Shown here: positions 18,552 to 27,877 of the stretch, piece by piece | Layout of the letters: the number at the start of each line of letters is the position of its first letter | How positions within the stretch are numbered: the first letter of the stretch is position 1 | Origin: Patescibacteria group bacterium UBA2100 | GTDB taxonomy: Bacteria; Patescibacteriota; Minisyncoccia; Phycocordibacterales; UBA2100 | Direction: 5' to 3' | Assembly (NCBI GenBank): GCA_002331185.1 | Contig: DCYW01000039.1 | Coordinates: forward strand, 1-36,554 | Length of the DNA stretch: 36,554 nt | Made by a program: the position numbers and the translations under genes | The notes under the pieces: model-generated | The model's database searches: none | Told to the model about the DNA's origin: nothing | What the model saw: only the letters and a program-made list of their open reading frames with translations

Positions 18552-20591
18552 ATGTATTCTGCAAGTAAAACAATTATTCCTTTCATCTTCATTGCGATAA
18601 GTATCACGTTCTTACTTCTCTTTTTTTCAGTGTTATCTTTTAACAATGGTGCTCTTGTTCCGAACGTCGCTTCAGCAGTGGTTCATCAGCTCATAGGGAG
18701 TGCAGTGGCTTCCTCATTCGAAACAGTCTTTAATACATTATTCGCTCTTATTGTCTGGATACCTGTATTTATTTCTGCGCTATTTGTCATGATGACAGGT
18801 AAATTGTTTGATTTTTTGATAGACCAAACAATTGTCAATTTTTCATACTATTTCCAAGAATATTTTGATGCTAGCATCACAATCGCATGGGAAGTATTTA
18901 GAGATATAGGAAATATAGTGATGATTGCAATATTTATATTTATAGCATTCGCAGTGATTCTTAATAGTGAGACATACGGTTTAAAAAAATTCGGCGTTCG
19001 CATTCTTATCATTGCAGTTCTTATAAATTTTAGTCTCTTTTTTACAAAAGTGGTTATCGATATATCAAATATTATCGCTTCCCAGTTCCGACAAGAAATT
19101 AGCCGAACTGTGAATTTACCTGCCAATGAGAGTATTTCTGGTGTTTTCCTACAGAAAGCTGGTCTGTCTAACTCAATAACAGGAGCTTTGACTAACAGTG
19201 CATCAAACACGTTAGGTGCCGCTTTCTCTGAAAATGGTGGGCTGTGGTCATATACCATTTTATCAATACTCTTCCTAACAATAAGTGGTTCTGTTTTGCT
19301 TTTTGGAAGTATTTTATTATTCACGCGTTTTATTACTTTTTTACTTCTTATGGTTGTATCTCCTCTTGCATTTGTCGCATATATGACACCTTCGCTAGAT
19401 TCATATTGGACAAAATGGTGGAATCTTTTGCTTAAAAATGCTCTTTTTGCACCTCTTTTCCTTCTCCTACTGTGGACTTCCATCATTATAATAGGTGGAT
19501 TGGATGGCAAAACGGACATTTATCTACTTGCAACCAATAAAGATGGTTCATTTTTTAACATTGAAGCATATTTTAATGTTGGAGTGGTCATTGGTTTACT
19601 CTATGCATCAACAAAAATTGCCAGTTCTTTATCTATTGCTGGAGCAAATTTTGCAAAAACAATTGGATTGAAAGGTTTTTCTGGTGCCCTGCGTGCATCT
19701 GGTCTTGGTGTCGCCGTAGGTGTTGCTGGTCGCGTTGGTAGAAGCACTATCGGAAGAGGAGCAACTGATTTATCTGAAAGTAAATTCTTGCGAAGAAATG
19801 CTGGTAGTCGAAACCCTCTAAGAAGTATTCCTTCACGATTAGCTTTAAATGCATCCAAGAAAGCTGCGGACACCTCTTTCGATATTCGTGATTCAAAGAG
19901 TCTTGCAAAAAGTCTTAAAAGTGCAGGGGTTAATCTCGGTACTGGTGTAGGAAACTACGACAAAATGATTGACACGGAAGCAAGATATCAAAATTATGCT
20001 AAAGAAGCAGATAAACAACCTCCCAAAGAGACACCACCACAGACACGCGGCTCTGACCAAGCAACGATTCAGCCACCACAACAGGAAAATAGTACTTCGG
20101 GAGAAGCAAAAGGTGATCCCCCTGTTTCTAATATCCAAAGCACACCGTCAAACGATAGCGTTGTAACAAGTGATAATACACCTCACAAAGCCGCAGACAC
20201 CGCAGATAGTCGTGGAAAACAAAATGAGATAGAGGGCGCAGGAGACGCTATCGGAAGAACGGCTCAAAAAATTAACGAAGAACAGAGAAGAAAAAACTCA
20301 TTGGAAAACATTTCTATACATAATGTCGGAAACGTAAGTCCTGATCAAACAACAGTAAATCAGCCAAGAATTCCAAGTCTTGCACGTGAAGATGACGCAA
20401 AGCCTGTTGAAGAAAAAAAGAAGAGTTTACTCAGAAGGTTAGGTAGGAGTCAGAGGACACAAGAAAGAATTGATAAAAGAGCAAAGAAATTAGCAGGTAA
20501 AACAAACGAGGAAATGATGTTGGAAAAAATTTTAAAGAAAACGGAGACTACTGAAGAATCTGTTTCGAGATTAAAAGATAATAAAACCTAA
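18552..20591 (+). CDS. VirB6/TrbL-like polytopic T4SS membrane protein with long hydrophilic tail
   Basis: Multiple TMs with WEVFRDIGN, AVLINFSLFFTKVVIDISN, R..LLLMVVSPLAF, YWTKWW..L..ALFAP; located upstream of PrgI and VirB4. Confidence 0.8.
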   Translation: MYSASKTIIPFIFIAISITFLLLFFSVLSFNNGALVPNVASAVVHQLIGSAVASSFETVFNTLFALIVWIPVFISALFVMMTGKLFDFLIDQTIVNFSYYFQEYFDASITIAWEVFRDIGNIVMIAIFIFIAFAVILNSETYGLKKFGVRILIIAVLINFSLFFTKVVIDISNIIASQFRQEISRTVNLPANESISGVFLQKAGLSNSITGALTNSASNTLGAAFSENGGLWSYTILSILFLTISGSVLLFGSILLFTRFITFLLLMVVSPLAFVAYMTPSLDSYWTKWWNLLLKNALFAPLFLLLLWTSIIIIGGLDGKTDIYLLATNKDGSFFNIEAYFNVGVVIGLLYASTKIASSLSIAGANFAKTIGLKGFSGALRASGLGVAVGVAGRVGRSTIGRGATDLSESKFLRRNAGSRNPLRSIPSRLALNASKKAADTSFDIRDSKSLAKSLKSAGVNLGTGVGNYDKMIDTEARYQNYAKEADKQPPKETPPQTRGSDQATIQPPQQENSTSGEAKGDPPVSNIQSTPSNDSVVTSDNTPHKAADTADSRGKQNEIEGAGDAIGRTAQKINEEQRRKNSLENISIHNVGNVSPDQTTVNQPRIPSLAREDDAKPVEEKKKSLLRRLGRSQRTQERIDKRAKKLAGKTNEEMMLEKILKKTETTEESVSRLKDNKT

Positions 20592-20609
20592 AAAAGATAA
20601 GTAGCTATT

Positions 20610-21083
20610 ATGGATTTACAAGGAGAAAATATCGAGGCACTTATTGAGAAAAGATTTTCGGAACTGCCCGAAGCAGTACAAGAAGCTGTTTCTGATACAC
20701 GTGTAGAAAAAAAACTTCGCGAGTTAGCATCAAACTATAAGCTCCATCTCGACCAATGGACTCTTTTAGAAAATGAAATCATGCTTACTCTTTTAGGTTT
20801 AGAGGATCCTGAAAATATGGCAAAAAATATTGCAGAAGAAGTTGGTATTGCAGAAGATGTGGCACAAAAACTTGTTGACGATATAGCTATGCAAGTGTTC
20901 AAGCCAATTCGTGAAAAAATGCAAACACATCTTGACAGTGAATCACTACAGCGAGAAACCGTATCTCCTTCAAAAAATACAAGGAAAGCAAGTCCCTCAG
21001 ATACTACTGCATATGTGATTGGTCAAAAAAGCAATGAACGATTTGATGTACAAGAAGATCCGTACAGAGAATCTATCGATTAG
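20610..21083 (+). CDS. Conserved-looking cytoplasmic hypothetical protein
   Basis: Acidic helical protein (LPEAVQEAV, YKLHLDQ, LTLLGL) ending in DPYRESID. Confidence 0.8.
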   Translation: MDLQGENIEALIEKRFSELPEAVQEAVSDTRVEKKLRELASNYKLHLDQWTLLENEIMLTLLGLEDPENMAKNIAEEVGIAEDVAQKLVDDIAMQVFKPIREKMQTHLDSESLQRETVSPSKNTRKASPSDTTAYVIGQKSNERFDVQEDPYRESID

Positions 21084-21258
21084 AAACAATTTCGTCCCCA
21101 TTTTTTCGTGGGCATACTAAATGTAATGTGCGATACTTAACGAGTAAGAGCGCATCGCGAGTAACGCGGTAAGCCGATTGTCTACGCAGGGAACAATACT
21201 GAGTACATTCGAGCAAACCTATATATTACTCTAGATTCTGCTCATTAAGAAATAAGGT

Positions 21259-21690
21259 ATGCAATTTCAAGTGCCGCAATTTACTGATGTAGAAGATAAA
21301 ATCTTCGGTCCGCTTACACTTAAGCAATTTATATATGTCGCTGGAGGAGCTGGGGTAGGATTCTTACTGTGGCGTTATCTTCCAACACTTATCGCAATAC
21401 CACTTGCTGTCGCAATTGTAGGTTTTGCAGCAGCACTTGCGTTTGTAAAGGTAAATAAAAAACCACTTATTGTGACACTTGAAGCTGCCTTTATGTACTT
21501 TGTGCATAAAAAACTCTATCTCTGGAACTCAAACTATACGAACACCAAAAAACGTACTCAAACCGAAACGTCTCTTCCTCAATCACAACAAGATATTCCA
21601 TCAGTATCAGAAAATAAACTTAAAAGTCTCGCGTGGAGTCTTGATATCAACGAACGCATTCGTCTTGATCATGAAAAAGAAACATTATAG
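21259..21690 (+). CDS. PrgI-family protein (VirB3-like)
   Basis: MQFQVPQFTDVEDKIFGPLTLKQF followed by two TM helices and AFVKVNKKP. Confidence 0.9.
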   Translation: MQFQVPQFTDVEDKIFGPLTLKQFIYVAGGAGVGFLLWRYLPTLIAIPLAVAIVGFAAALAFVKVNKKPLIVTLEAAFMYFVHKKLYLWNSNYTNTKKRTQTETSLPQSQQDIPSVSENKLKSLAWSLDINERIRLDHEKETL

Positions 21691-21692
21691 TT

Positions 21693-22358
21693 ATGCCGCA
21701 AGCAAATAAATCAGCACAATCATCTCAAGATTTCGTACCAGTAAAAGAAGTGCGGGACGGTGTTATCGTTTTGAATAACGGTGGTCTAAGAGGTGTTCTT
21801 ATGGCCTCTTCATTAAACTTTGCCCTTAAAAGTGAGGATGAACAAAGTGCATTTATCATGCAGTTCCAGAACTTCTTTAACTCACTAGATTTTTCAATTC
21901 AAATTTACATCCAATCAAGAGAGCTCGACATACGGCCGTATATAGAAACACTTGAGGTGGAGTACAAGCGTACTATGGATGACCTGATGCGAATCCAGAT
22001 ACGAGAGTACATGGAATTCATTAAGAGCTTCGTGGAGGGAGCTGATATTATGACCAAACAATTTTTTGTGATTGTTCCATATTCTCCAGCTTCAATTACT
22101 ATAAATACAGGAATGCTAAGTTCGCTCCCATGGTCGAAATCAAAAAATGCCGCACGCAAAGCAGTTACCAAAAAGAACGAATTCCAAGAAAATGTTTCGC
22201 AGTTAGATCAACGCATGGCAATAGTGCAACAAGGACTTATACGCACCGGAGTACGCTCTGTACAATTGGACACTGAAGAAATAATAGAACTGCTCTATAA
22301 GATATTTAACCCAGGAGAGCAAGATCAACCAAAACAAATGATAGAAGCACTTAACTAA
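21693..22358 (+). CDS. VirB4 N-terminal-like (TraC-like) protein
   Basis: SLNFALKSEDEQSAFIMQFQNFFNSLDFSIQI, FFVIVPY, QLDTEEIIELLYKIFNP resemble the N-terminal region of Gram-positive-type VirB4s. Confidence 0.7.
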   Translation: MPQANKSAQSSQDFVPVKEVRDGVIVLNNGGLRGVLMASSLNFALKSEDEQSAFIMQFQNFFNSLDFSIQIYIQSRELDIRPYIETLEVEYKRTMDDLMRIQIREYMEFIKSFVEGADIMTKQFFVIVPYSPASITINTGMLSSLPWSKSKNAARKAVTKKNEFQENVSQLDQRMAIVQQGLIRTGVRSVQLDTEEIIELLYKIFNPGEQDQPKQMIEALN

Positions 22359-22416
22359 GTGCTCCCCAGTGCAGTGTGTTTGGTTTGATTTGAACAGGTA
22401 TAATACAAGTAGGTTT

Positions 22417-24267
22417 ATGGCTTTTTTTGATTTTTTAGGTAACCAGAAGAAAAAGGTAAAGGATATAGTTCCTATTCTTCCAGAAGAGATTTATAAACAT
22501 GGTGTTCTTGAACTCCAAGATGTTATAGCGCCTTCAGCATTGCAAATAACACCTCGTGAACTTAACCTCGGCGAAAAAGTAGCACGTACTTTTTTTGTTA
22601 TTTCGTATCCTCGATTTCTCTCTACTGGTTGGTTTTCTCCAATTATTAACCTCGATAAGGTATTCGATGTATCTATTTTTGTTCACCCAATGGAAACAAC
22701 TACCGTGCTTCGTAAGTTTCAGAAGAAGGTGGCTGAAGTTGAAAGTCAGATATCCATTCGACAACAAAAAGGACTTGTGAGAGACCCTGTGCTAGACACC
22801 GCTTACTCTGATCTTGAATACTTAAGAGACCAACTCCAACAAGCGCAAGAAAAAATGTTCAAGATTGGTCTCTACATAACTATCTATGGGGATACGCGAG
22901 ATGAAATAGATAAAACTGAATCAGAAATACGTTCCATTCTGGAGTCCCGTCTTGTCTATCTAAAACCTGCACTCTTTCAACAGGAACCAGGTTTTAAAAG
23001 TGTCTTGCCTATAGCAGAAGACGCTCTATCGGTTCATTCAAACCTTAACTCATCCCCACTTTCAAGCATCTTCCCGTTTGTTTCGTTTGACCTTACGAGT
23101 GATAGGGGAATTTTGTATGGTATTAATCGACATAACTCAAGTCTCGTTCTCTTTGATCGTTTCTCTTTAGAAAACTATAATTCTGTCGTATTTGCGAAAT
23201 CAGGTGCAGGCAAGTCGTACATGACGAAACTGGAGATTGTTCGTTCACTCATGTTTGATGCTGATGTTATCGTTATTGACCCTGAACGAGAGTATGAGTA
23301 TTTGGCAGAAACTACTGGTGGGCGCTACTTCAATATCTCTCTTTCTTCGCAACACCACATCAATCCATTTGATCTTCCGACACCTCGCGAAGACGAGAGT
23401 CCTGCTGATATTCTTCGAAACAACATTATTACCTTGGTAGGACTATTTCGTATTATGTTTGGGGGTCTTACCCCTGAAGAAGATGCAATTATAGACCGAG
23501 CTATCACGGAAACGTATGCGCTAAAAGATATCACGCCAAATTCTGATTTTGCTAATTTAGAGCCTCCACTACTTTCCGATTTCGAACTAGTACTCTCCGG
23601 GCTAGAGGGTTCTGAATCTCTCGTCCAGCGTCTTTCGAAATACACCCGTGGTACGTGGGCTGGTTTCATAAATCGCCCTACAAATATTGACATGAACAAA
23701 CGCTTTGTTGTCTTTAGCGTCCGTGACATGGAAGACGAGCTCAAGCCAGTTGCGATGTACTTAGTGACGCACTATATCTGGAACATGGTTCGAAAAGAAC
23801 TTCGAAAACGCCTCCTTATTATCGATGAGGCATGGTGGATGATGAAATCAGAAGATACTGCATCATTCTTATTTGGAATAGCAAAACGTGGACGTAAGTA
23901 TTATCTCGGTCTTGCAACAATTACCCAAGACGTTGCTGACTTTTTAAGCAGTACGTATGGTAAAGCCATGATCACTAACTCGTCTATTCAAATTTTGCTT
24001 CGCCAATCACCAACGTCGATCGATCTCATTCAAGAAACATTTAAACTTTCAGATGAGGAAAAATACTTGTTGCTCGAGTCAGACGTAGGGGAGGGTATTT
24101 TCTTCGCTGGATTAAAGCACGTTGCAATAAAAGTTATTGCAAGTTATACGGAAGACCAAATTATTACCTCTGACCCATCACAAATTCTTGCAATTAAAAA
24201 AGCAAAACAAGAACTATCTGAAACACCTGCTTCTACGCAAGCAACTAATATACATGAAATAAAATAG
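22417..24267 (+). CDS. virB4: VirB4-family T4SS ATPase
   Basis: Walker A AKSGAGKS, VIDPEREY, INPFD, Walker B IIDEAW, KRGRKY, ITQD; ATG 22417. Confidence 0.92.
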   Translation: MAFFDFLGNQKKKVKDIVPILPEEIYKHGVLELQDVIAPSALQITPRELNLGEKVARTFFVISYPRFLSTGWFSPIINLDKVFDVSIFVHPMETTTVLRKFQKKVAEVESQISIRQQKGLVRDPVLDTAYSDLEYLRDQLQQAQEKMFKIGLYITIYGDTRDEIDKTESEIRSILESRLVYLKPALFQQEPGFKSVLPIAEDALSVHSNLNSSPLSSIFPFVSFDLTSDRGILYGINRHNSSLVLFDRFSLENYNSVVFAKSGAGKSYMTKLEIVRSLMFDADVIVIDPEREYEYLAETTGGRYFNISLSSQHHINPFDLPTPREDESPADILRNNIITLVGLFRIMFGGLTPEEDAIIDRAITETYALKDITPNSDFANLEPPLLSDFELVLSGLEGSESLVQRLSKYTRGTWAGFINRPTNIDMNKRFVVFSVRDMEDELKPVAMYLVTHYIWNMVRKELRKRLLIIDEAWWMMKSEDTASFLFGIAKRGRKYYLGLATITQDVADFLSSTYGKAMITNSSIQILLRQSPTSIDLIQETFKLSDEEKYLLLESDVGEGIFFAGLKHVAIKVIASYTEDQIITSDPSQILAIKKAKQELSETPASTQATNIHEIK

Positions 24268-24270
24268 TAT

Positions 24271-24696
24271 ATGCCTACCTCTACAAAAAAAGTGCACGCG
24301 ATTTCATTGCCGTTGCTTCTCTTCCTTGCCATTCTTGCTATAGTACTTGATTTCAGCATAGGGCTTATCCCTATATTAGGTGCGTTTGTTGGTTTCATTT
24401 TTAGCCTCGTAGTCTCAATTCAGTTGTATTTATTTGAATTTGAGAAGGGCGCGTTTTTACGTACTGTCGCAGTCATTATTGGAAGTTTCTTTGTTGAAAC
24501 ACTGAGTTTCGCACTTGCTCCCACAAACCTCATATTCGTAGTACTCGTGTATGCTACAAACTTATGGAAAGTAAGACGACAAAGTCGAAAAATCGCACAA
24601 TACAATGAACTATCAGACGATGTAGTGTACCTTAATGTGGAGGGAGACAATATCAAACACCAAGGAAACAAAAATAACATCAGGAGAGCTGCTTGA
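24271..24696 (+). CDS. Hypothetical membrane protein (3-4 TM)
   Basis: Hydrophobic segments with IGLIPILG; starts 3 nt after the virB4 stop. Confidence 0.72.
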   Translation: MPTSTKKVHAISLPLLLFLAILAIVLDFSIGLIPILGAFVGFIFSLVVSIQLYLFEFEKGAFLRTVAVIIGSFFVETLSFALAPTNLIFVVLVYATNLWKVRRQSRKIAQYNELSDDVVYLNVEGDNIKHQGNKNNIRRAA

Positions 24697-24767
24697 TCCT
24701 ACTACTATGCAATAACTTATCACGAGGTATTTCTGCCGATTTATGCAAATCACTATATAATATACGT

Positions 24768-25799
24768 ATGCGTTTTTTCCTTTATGCAGGATTAGTTTTT
24801 GTGTTGCTCATTTCTTTTCAGAATACTACATACGCCCAACCCATAAATTCTTTAGATGAAATAGGAATTTCAATTAATTTATCGCCAGAATTACCTCAAT
24901 CTAATCAAGAGGTGACAGCAACTGTCTCGTCTTCAAACGAAAATGTTCGCACAGCTACTATTGTATGGTTATTGGATGATGAGGTACGTCAACAAAAAGC
25001 AGGTGATGTAAATTTTAAATTTACAACAGGTGACGTTGGTTCTTCTCAGCAACTACGGGTACTCATAAAAACAGCCACTGGGGCGGTCTTCACTAAATCA
25101 ATAGCAATAACACCAGTAAAAGCTACTCTCTTTTGGGAAGGCGATACCTATGTTCCGCCGTTTTATGAAGGGCGACCACTTTATTCATCTGGGAGTTCTA
25201 TACGAGCAGAGGTGCTCGCAGAATTTAGAAATAGCGAAGGAGAAGCATATAGTGATTCAGAACTGATTTACACATGGAGTAAAAACGGAACAGTATTGGG
25301 TAGCCTCTCTGGTATTGGTGCAAACACCTTGCTGACAGCGGGCCCTAAATTTTTTGGAGACTATATTTTATCTGTTGAGATAACAACACCTGATGGGCTA
25401 CAGCGCGCGCAATCCGCAGCACGTGTAACAACACAAACACCACAAGTAGTTTTATATGAAAAAAATCCTTTAACAGGCGTTCAATACCACTCAGCTATTA
25501 CCAACAAACCTTTTTTTGCAGAGTCTTCCCAGATTGAAGTCCAAGCGATTCCTTATTTTATGAACGTACGTAACGAAAATGATGAAAACCTCTTGTACTC
25601 GTGGGCTATCAATGGTATTGAAGTTTTTGGCTCACAAATAACACCTTCTGTTTTGACCATTCAGTTATCTGGAGATGCAGATGTGACTACCCCTGTATCT
25701 GTAGCAATTGATCACCGTATAGACCTTCTTCAAACAGCACAAAGTACTTTTAATATAGTGTTCGAAAGAAGTGCGCGTAATTCATTATTTGGTCTTTAA
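24768..25799 (+). CDS. Secreted protein with about three Ig/PKD-like beta domains
   Basis: Signal peptide (TTYA-Q); repeated (Y/V)xWxx(D/N) strands IVWLLDD, YTWSKNG, YSWAING; TATAAT 6 nt before ATG 24768. Confidence 0.78.
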   Translation: MRFFLYAGLVFVLLISFQNTTYAQPINSLDEIGISINLSPELPQSNQEVTATVSSSNENVRTATIVWLLDDEVRQQKAGDVNFKFTTGDVGSSQQLRVLIKTATGAVFTKSIAITPVKATLFWEGDTYVPPFYEGRPLYSSGSSIRAEVLAEFRNSEGEAYSDSELIYTWSKNGTVLGSLSGIGANTLLTAGPKFFGDYILSVEITTPDGLQRAQSAARVTTQTPQVVLYEKNPLTGVQYHSAITNKPFFAESSQIEVQAIPYFMNVRNENDENLLYSWAINGIEVFGSQITPSVLTIQLSGDADVTTPVSVAIDHRIDLLQTAQSTFNIVFERSARNSLFGL

Positions 25800-25802
25800 T
25801 AT

Positions 25803-27083
25803 ATGAAAAGGAAGCAGCTCTACATAGGTATATCAGTCCTCATTATAATTCTTATAATCGCTCTTTTGGGATGGGCTATTTTTATAGGACAACAACAACA
25901 ACGACTGCAGCAGGAGACTGAAGATTTAGGTTATTTTGATTCGACACTCAGTACTCCCACTAGAGATAGAGAGGGTGGTTTATTTAATGGTGCATTCGGG
26001 AACATATTAAACAACAATGATAATGTCAGTAAGAGCGCTCCTGATGAAGTGGTTGTTGCAAAGCCAGCATTGCGTCAGCTCTACAATCTTCCAACAGCAG
26101 GTTTTATTAAAAAACGTTCTAATGCAATACGATTTGTAGATAAAGCCACTGGTCATGTATTTGAAAGAGACTTGCCTGATGGCACAACTACTCGTATTGA
26201 CCAGACAACTGTTCCGCAAGTACAAGAAGTCTTATTTGTTAATGATGGAGACGGTGTCTTACGTCGATATATTGGCGAGGATGGTTCTCTTATTACAATT
26301 TATAGTAATTTAGAAGATACTGAAACACAAAACGCTTCTCTTCCGACACAAATCTCTGAGATAACCGTCAGTCCTGATGAAAACGAAGTGTTTTTTTCAC
26401 AGCAAACTTTACAGGGAAGTACATTCTACCTTTCAAGTCCGGACGGTACTGAAAAAAAAGAAATATCAGCATCAACACTACGGGGGTGGAATATAGATTG
26501 GCAAAATGATGTATTACTTGTATCCCAAAAAGCATCATCGGACTTACCAGGTTCTGCGTATCTAATAAACGCCTCTACAGGTACAAAAACTTTAGTGCTT
26601 CAACAGCTAAAAGGACTTTCTGCGGCACTCAGTCCTGACGGTAAAAATATTTTATACAATTACAATGGAGATGGGGGTATTCCTATACTTGCAGTTAAAA
26701 ATATAAATTCAGGTAAAACAACAATCTTGGATATCGCAGGTTTTACTGAAAAGTGTGTGTGGAGTCCAAATGGAGTTTCTTTTTTTTGTGCCCTTCCGAA
26801 CGAATTCCCTGAAGGGGAGTATCCGGATGAATGGTACCAAGGACGGGTACTTTTTTCTGATTCGCTGTTTGAAATACGTACCGACACAAAGCAAATTGCT
26901 CATATTATTTCGCCACAAGCTGAATACGGAGTGTCTCTTGACATCACCAATATCTCAGTGAACACTGATGGAAATGCACTGTTCTTCATTAATAAAATTG
27001 ACCAAACGCTCTGGTCGATTACATTACCTGAAGAAGTAGAGGGGGTGGTCGAGGAAGAGAGTGGAGACGAAGAGGGTATCTAG
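25803..27083 (+). CDS. Membrane-anchored beta-propeller (TolB/WD40-like) protein
   Basis: N-terminal TM; blade motifs VSPDENEVFF, SPDGT, LSPDGKNILY, WSPNG, VNTDGNALFF. Confidence 0.78.
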   Translation: MKRKQLYIGISVLIIILIIALLGWAIFIGQQQQRLQQETEDLGYFDSTLSTPTRDREGGLFNGAFGNILNNNDNVSKSAPDEVVVAKPALRQLYNLPTAGFIKKRSNAIRFVDKATGHVFERDLPDGTTTRIDQTTVPQVQEVLFVNDGDGVLRRYIGEDGSLITIYSNLEDTETQNASLPTQISEITVSPDENEVFFSQQTLQGSTFYLSSPDGTEKKEISASTLRGWNIDWQNDVLLVSQKASSDLPGSAYLINASTGTKTLVLQQLKGLSAALSPDGKNILYNYNGDGGIPILAVKNINSGKTTILDIAGFTEKCVWSPNGVSFFCALPNEFPEGEYPDEWYQGRVLFSDSLFEIRTDTKQIAHIISPQAEYGVSLDITNISVNTDGNALFFINKIDQTLWSITLPEEVEGVVEEESGDEEGI

Positions 27084-27099
27084 TATACTGAGTAACTAT

Positions 27100-27876
27100 A
27101 TGGTTAACAATAAACTATTTCTTTTGAATATTGTGATTCTGTTATCACTGTTGCTGATTCCATTATCCACTAATGCATTCACTGATACTACATACACACC
27201 ACTTGCAGACGGTCTTAAAAATTTGGACACTGCTAATCTGGGTAATTTTTTTAATAGCCTCTTCCAAATTGCTCTAACGATAGGGGCGGTAATTGCTGTT
27301 CTTATAATTGCAGTATCAGGTTTAGAATACATGACAACAGAAGCTGCATCAGGGAAAGGATCAAGTAGAGAACGAATACAACAGGCTGTTTTAGGGTTAC
27401 TTATGTTGCTTAGTGTGTGGTTGTTTTTCAATGAGATAAATCCTGATATTTTGAACTTAGATTTCACGTTGGGAAAAGGGAATATTGCTGAAACCTCTGT
27501 TGATTACAGGGATTCTATTACAAACGCCTATCAAACAGAATCGGGGGATGGAATTTGGATTTTGAGAGGCCGCACATGTGAATCCGCACAAGGTGTTGGA
27601 TGGCGACCAAGTGTAACATCGCAAGTATGTGGTAATTTAAAACCTGAACCCGGGAGGACGCTTAGTGATTATCAATGTTGTATAAATAAGGTCACTTTTC
27701 CTGAAGGTGGTGAGCCAGAGTTCTTTCCGGATAGAGAAGCTAGGGCTGCAGATTTGAGTGGTAAATGGTGCTATCGTAGTCTCAATCCTTTTGGTAATGT
27801 GTGTTTCGAGACACAAGAAACTTGTCAAAACGCCCTCCCTGAAAGTGCTTCAACGAGCACTTGTTTGAGCTACTAA
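27100..27876 (+). CDS. T4SS pilin (VirB2/TrbC-like, CPR type) with Cys-rich C-terminal extension
   Basis: Signal peptide; two hydrophobic helices joined by SGLEYMT...RERIQQAVLGLL, then INPDIL; 8 Cys in the tail. Confidence 0.8.
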   Translation: MVNNKLFLLNIVILLSLLLIPLSTNAFTDTTYTPLADGLKNLDTANLGNFFNSLFQIALTIGAVIAVLIIAVSGLEYMTTEAASGKGSSRERIQQAVLGLLMLLSVWLFFNEINPDILNLDFTLGKGNIAETSVDYRDSITNAYQTESGDGIWILRGRTCESAQGVGWRPSVTSQVCGNLKPEPGRTLSDYQCCINKVTFPEGGEPEFFPDREARAADLSGKWCYRSLNPFGNVCFETQETCQNALPESASTSTCLSY

Positions 27877-27877
27877 A

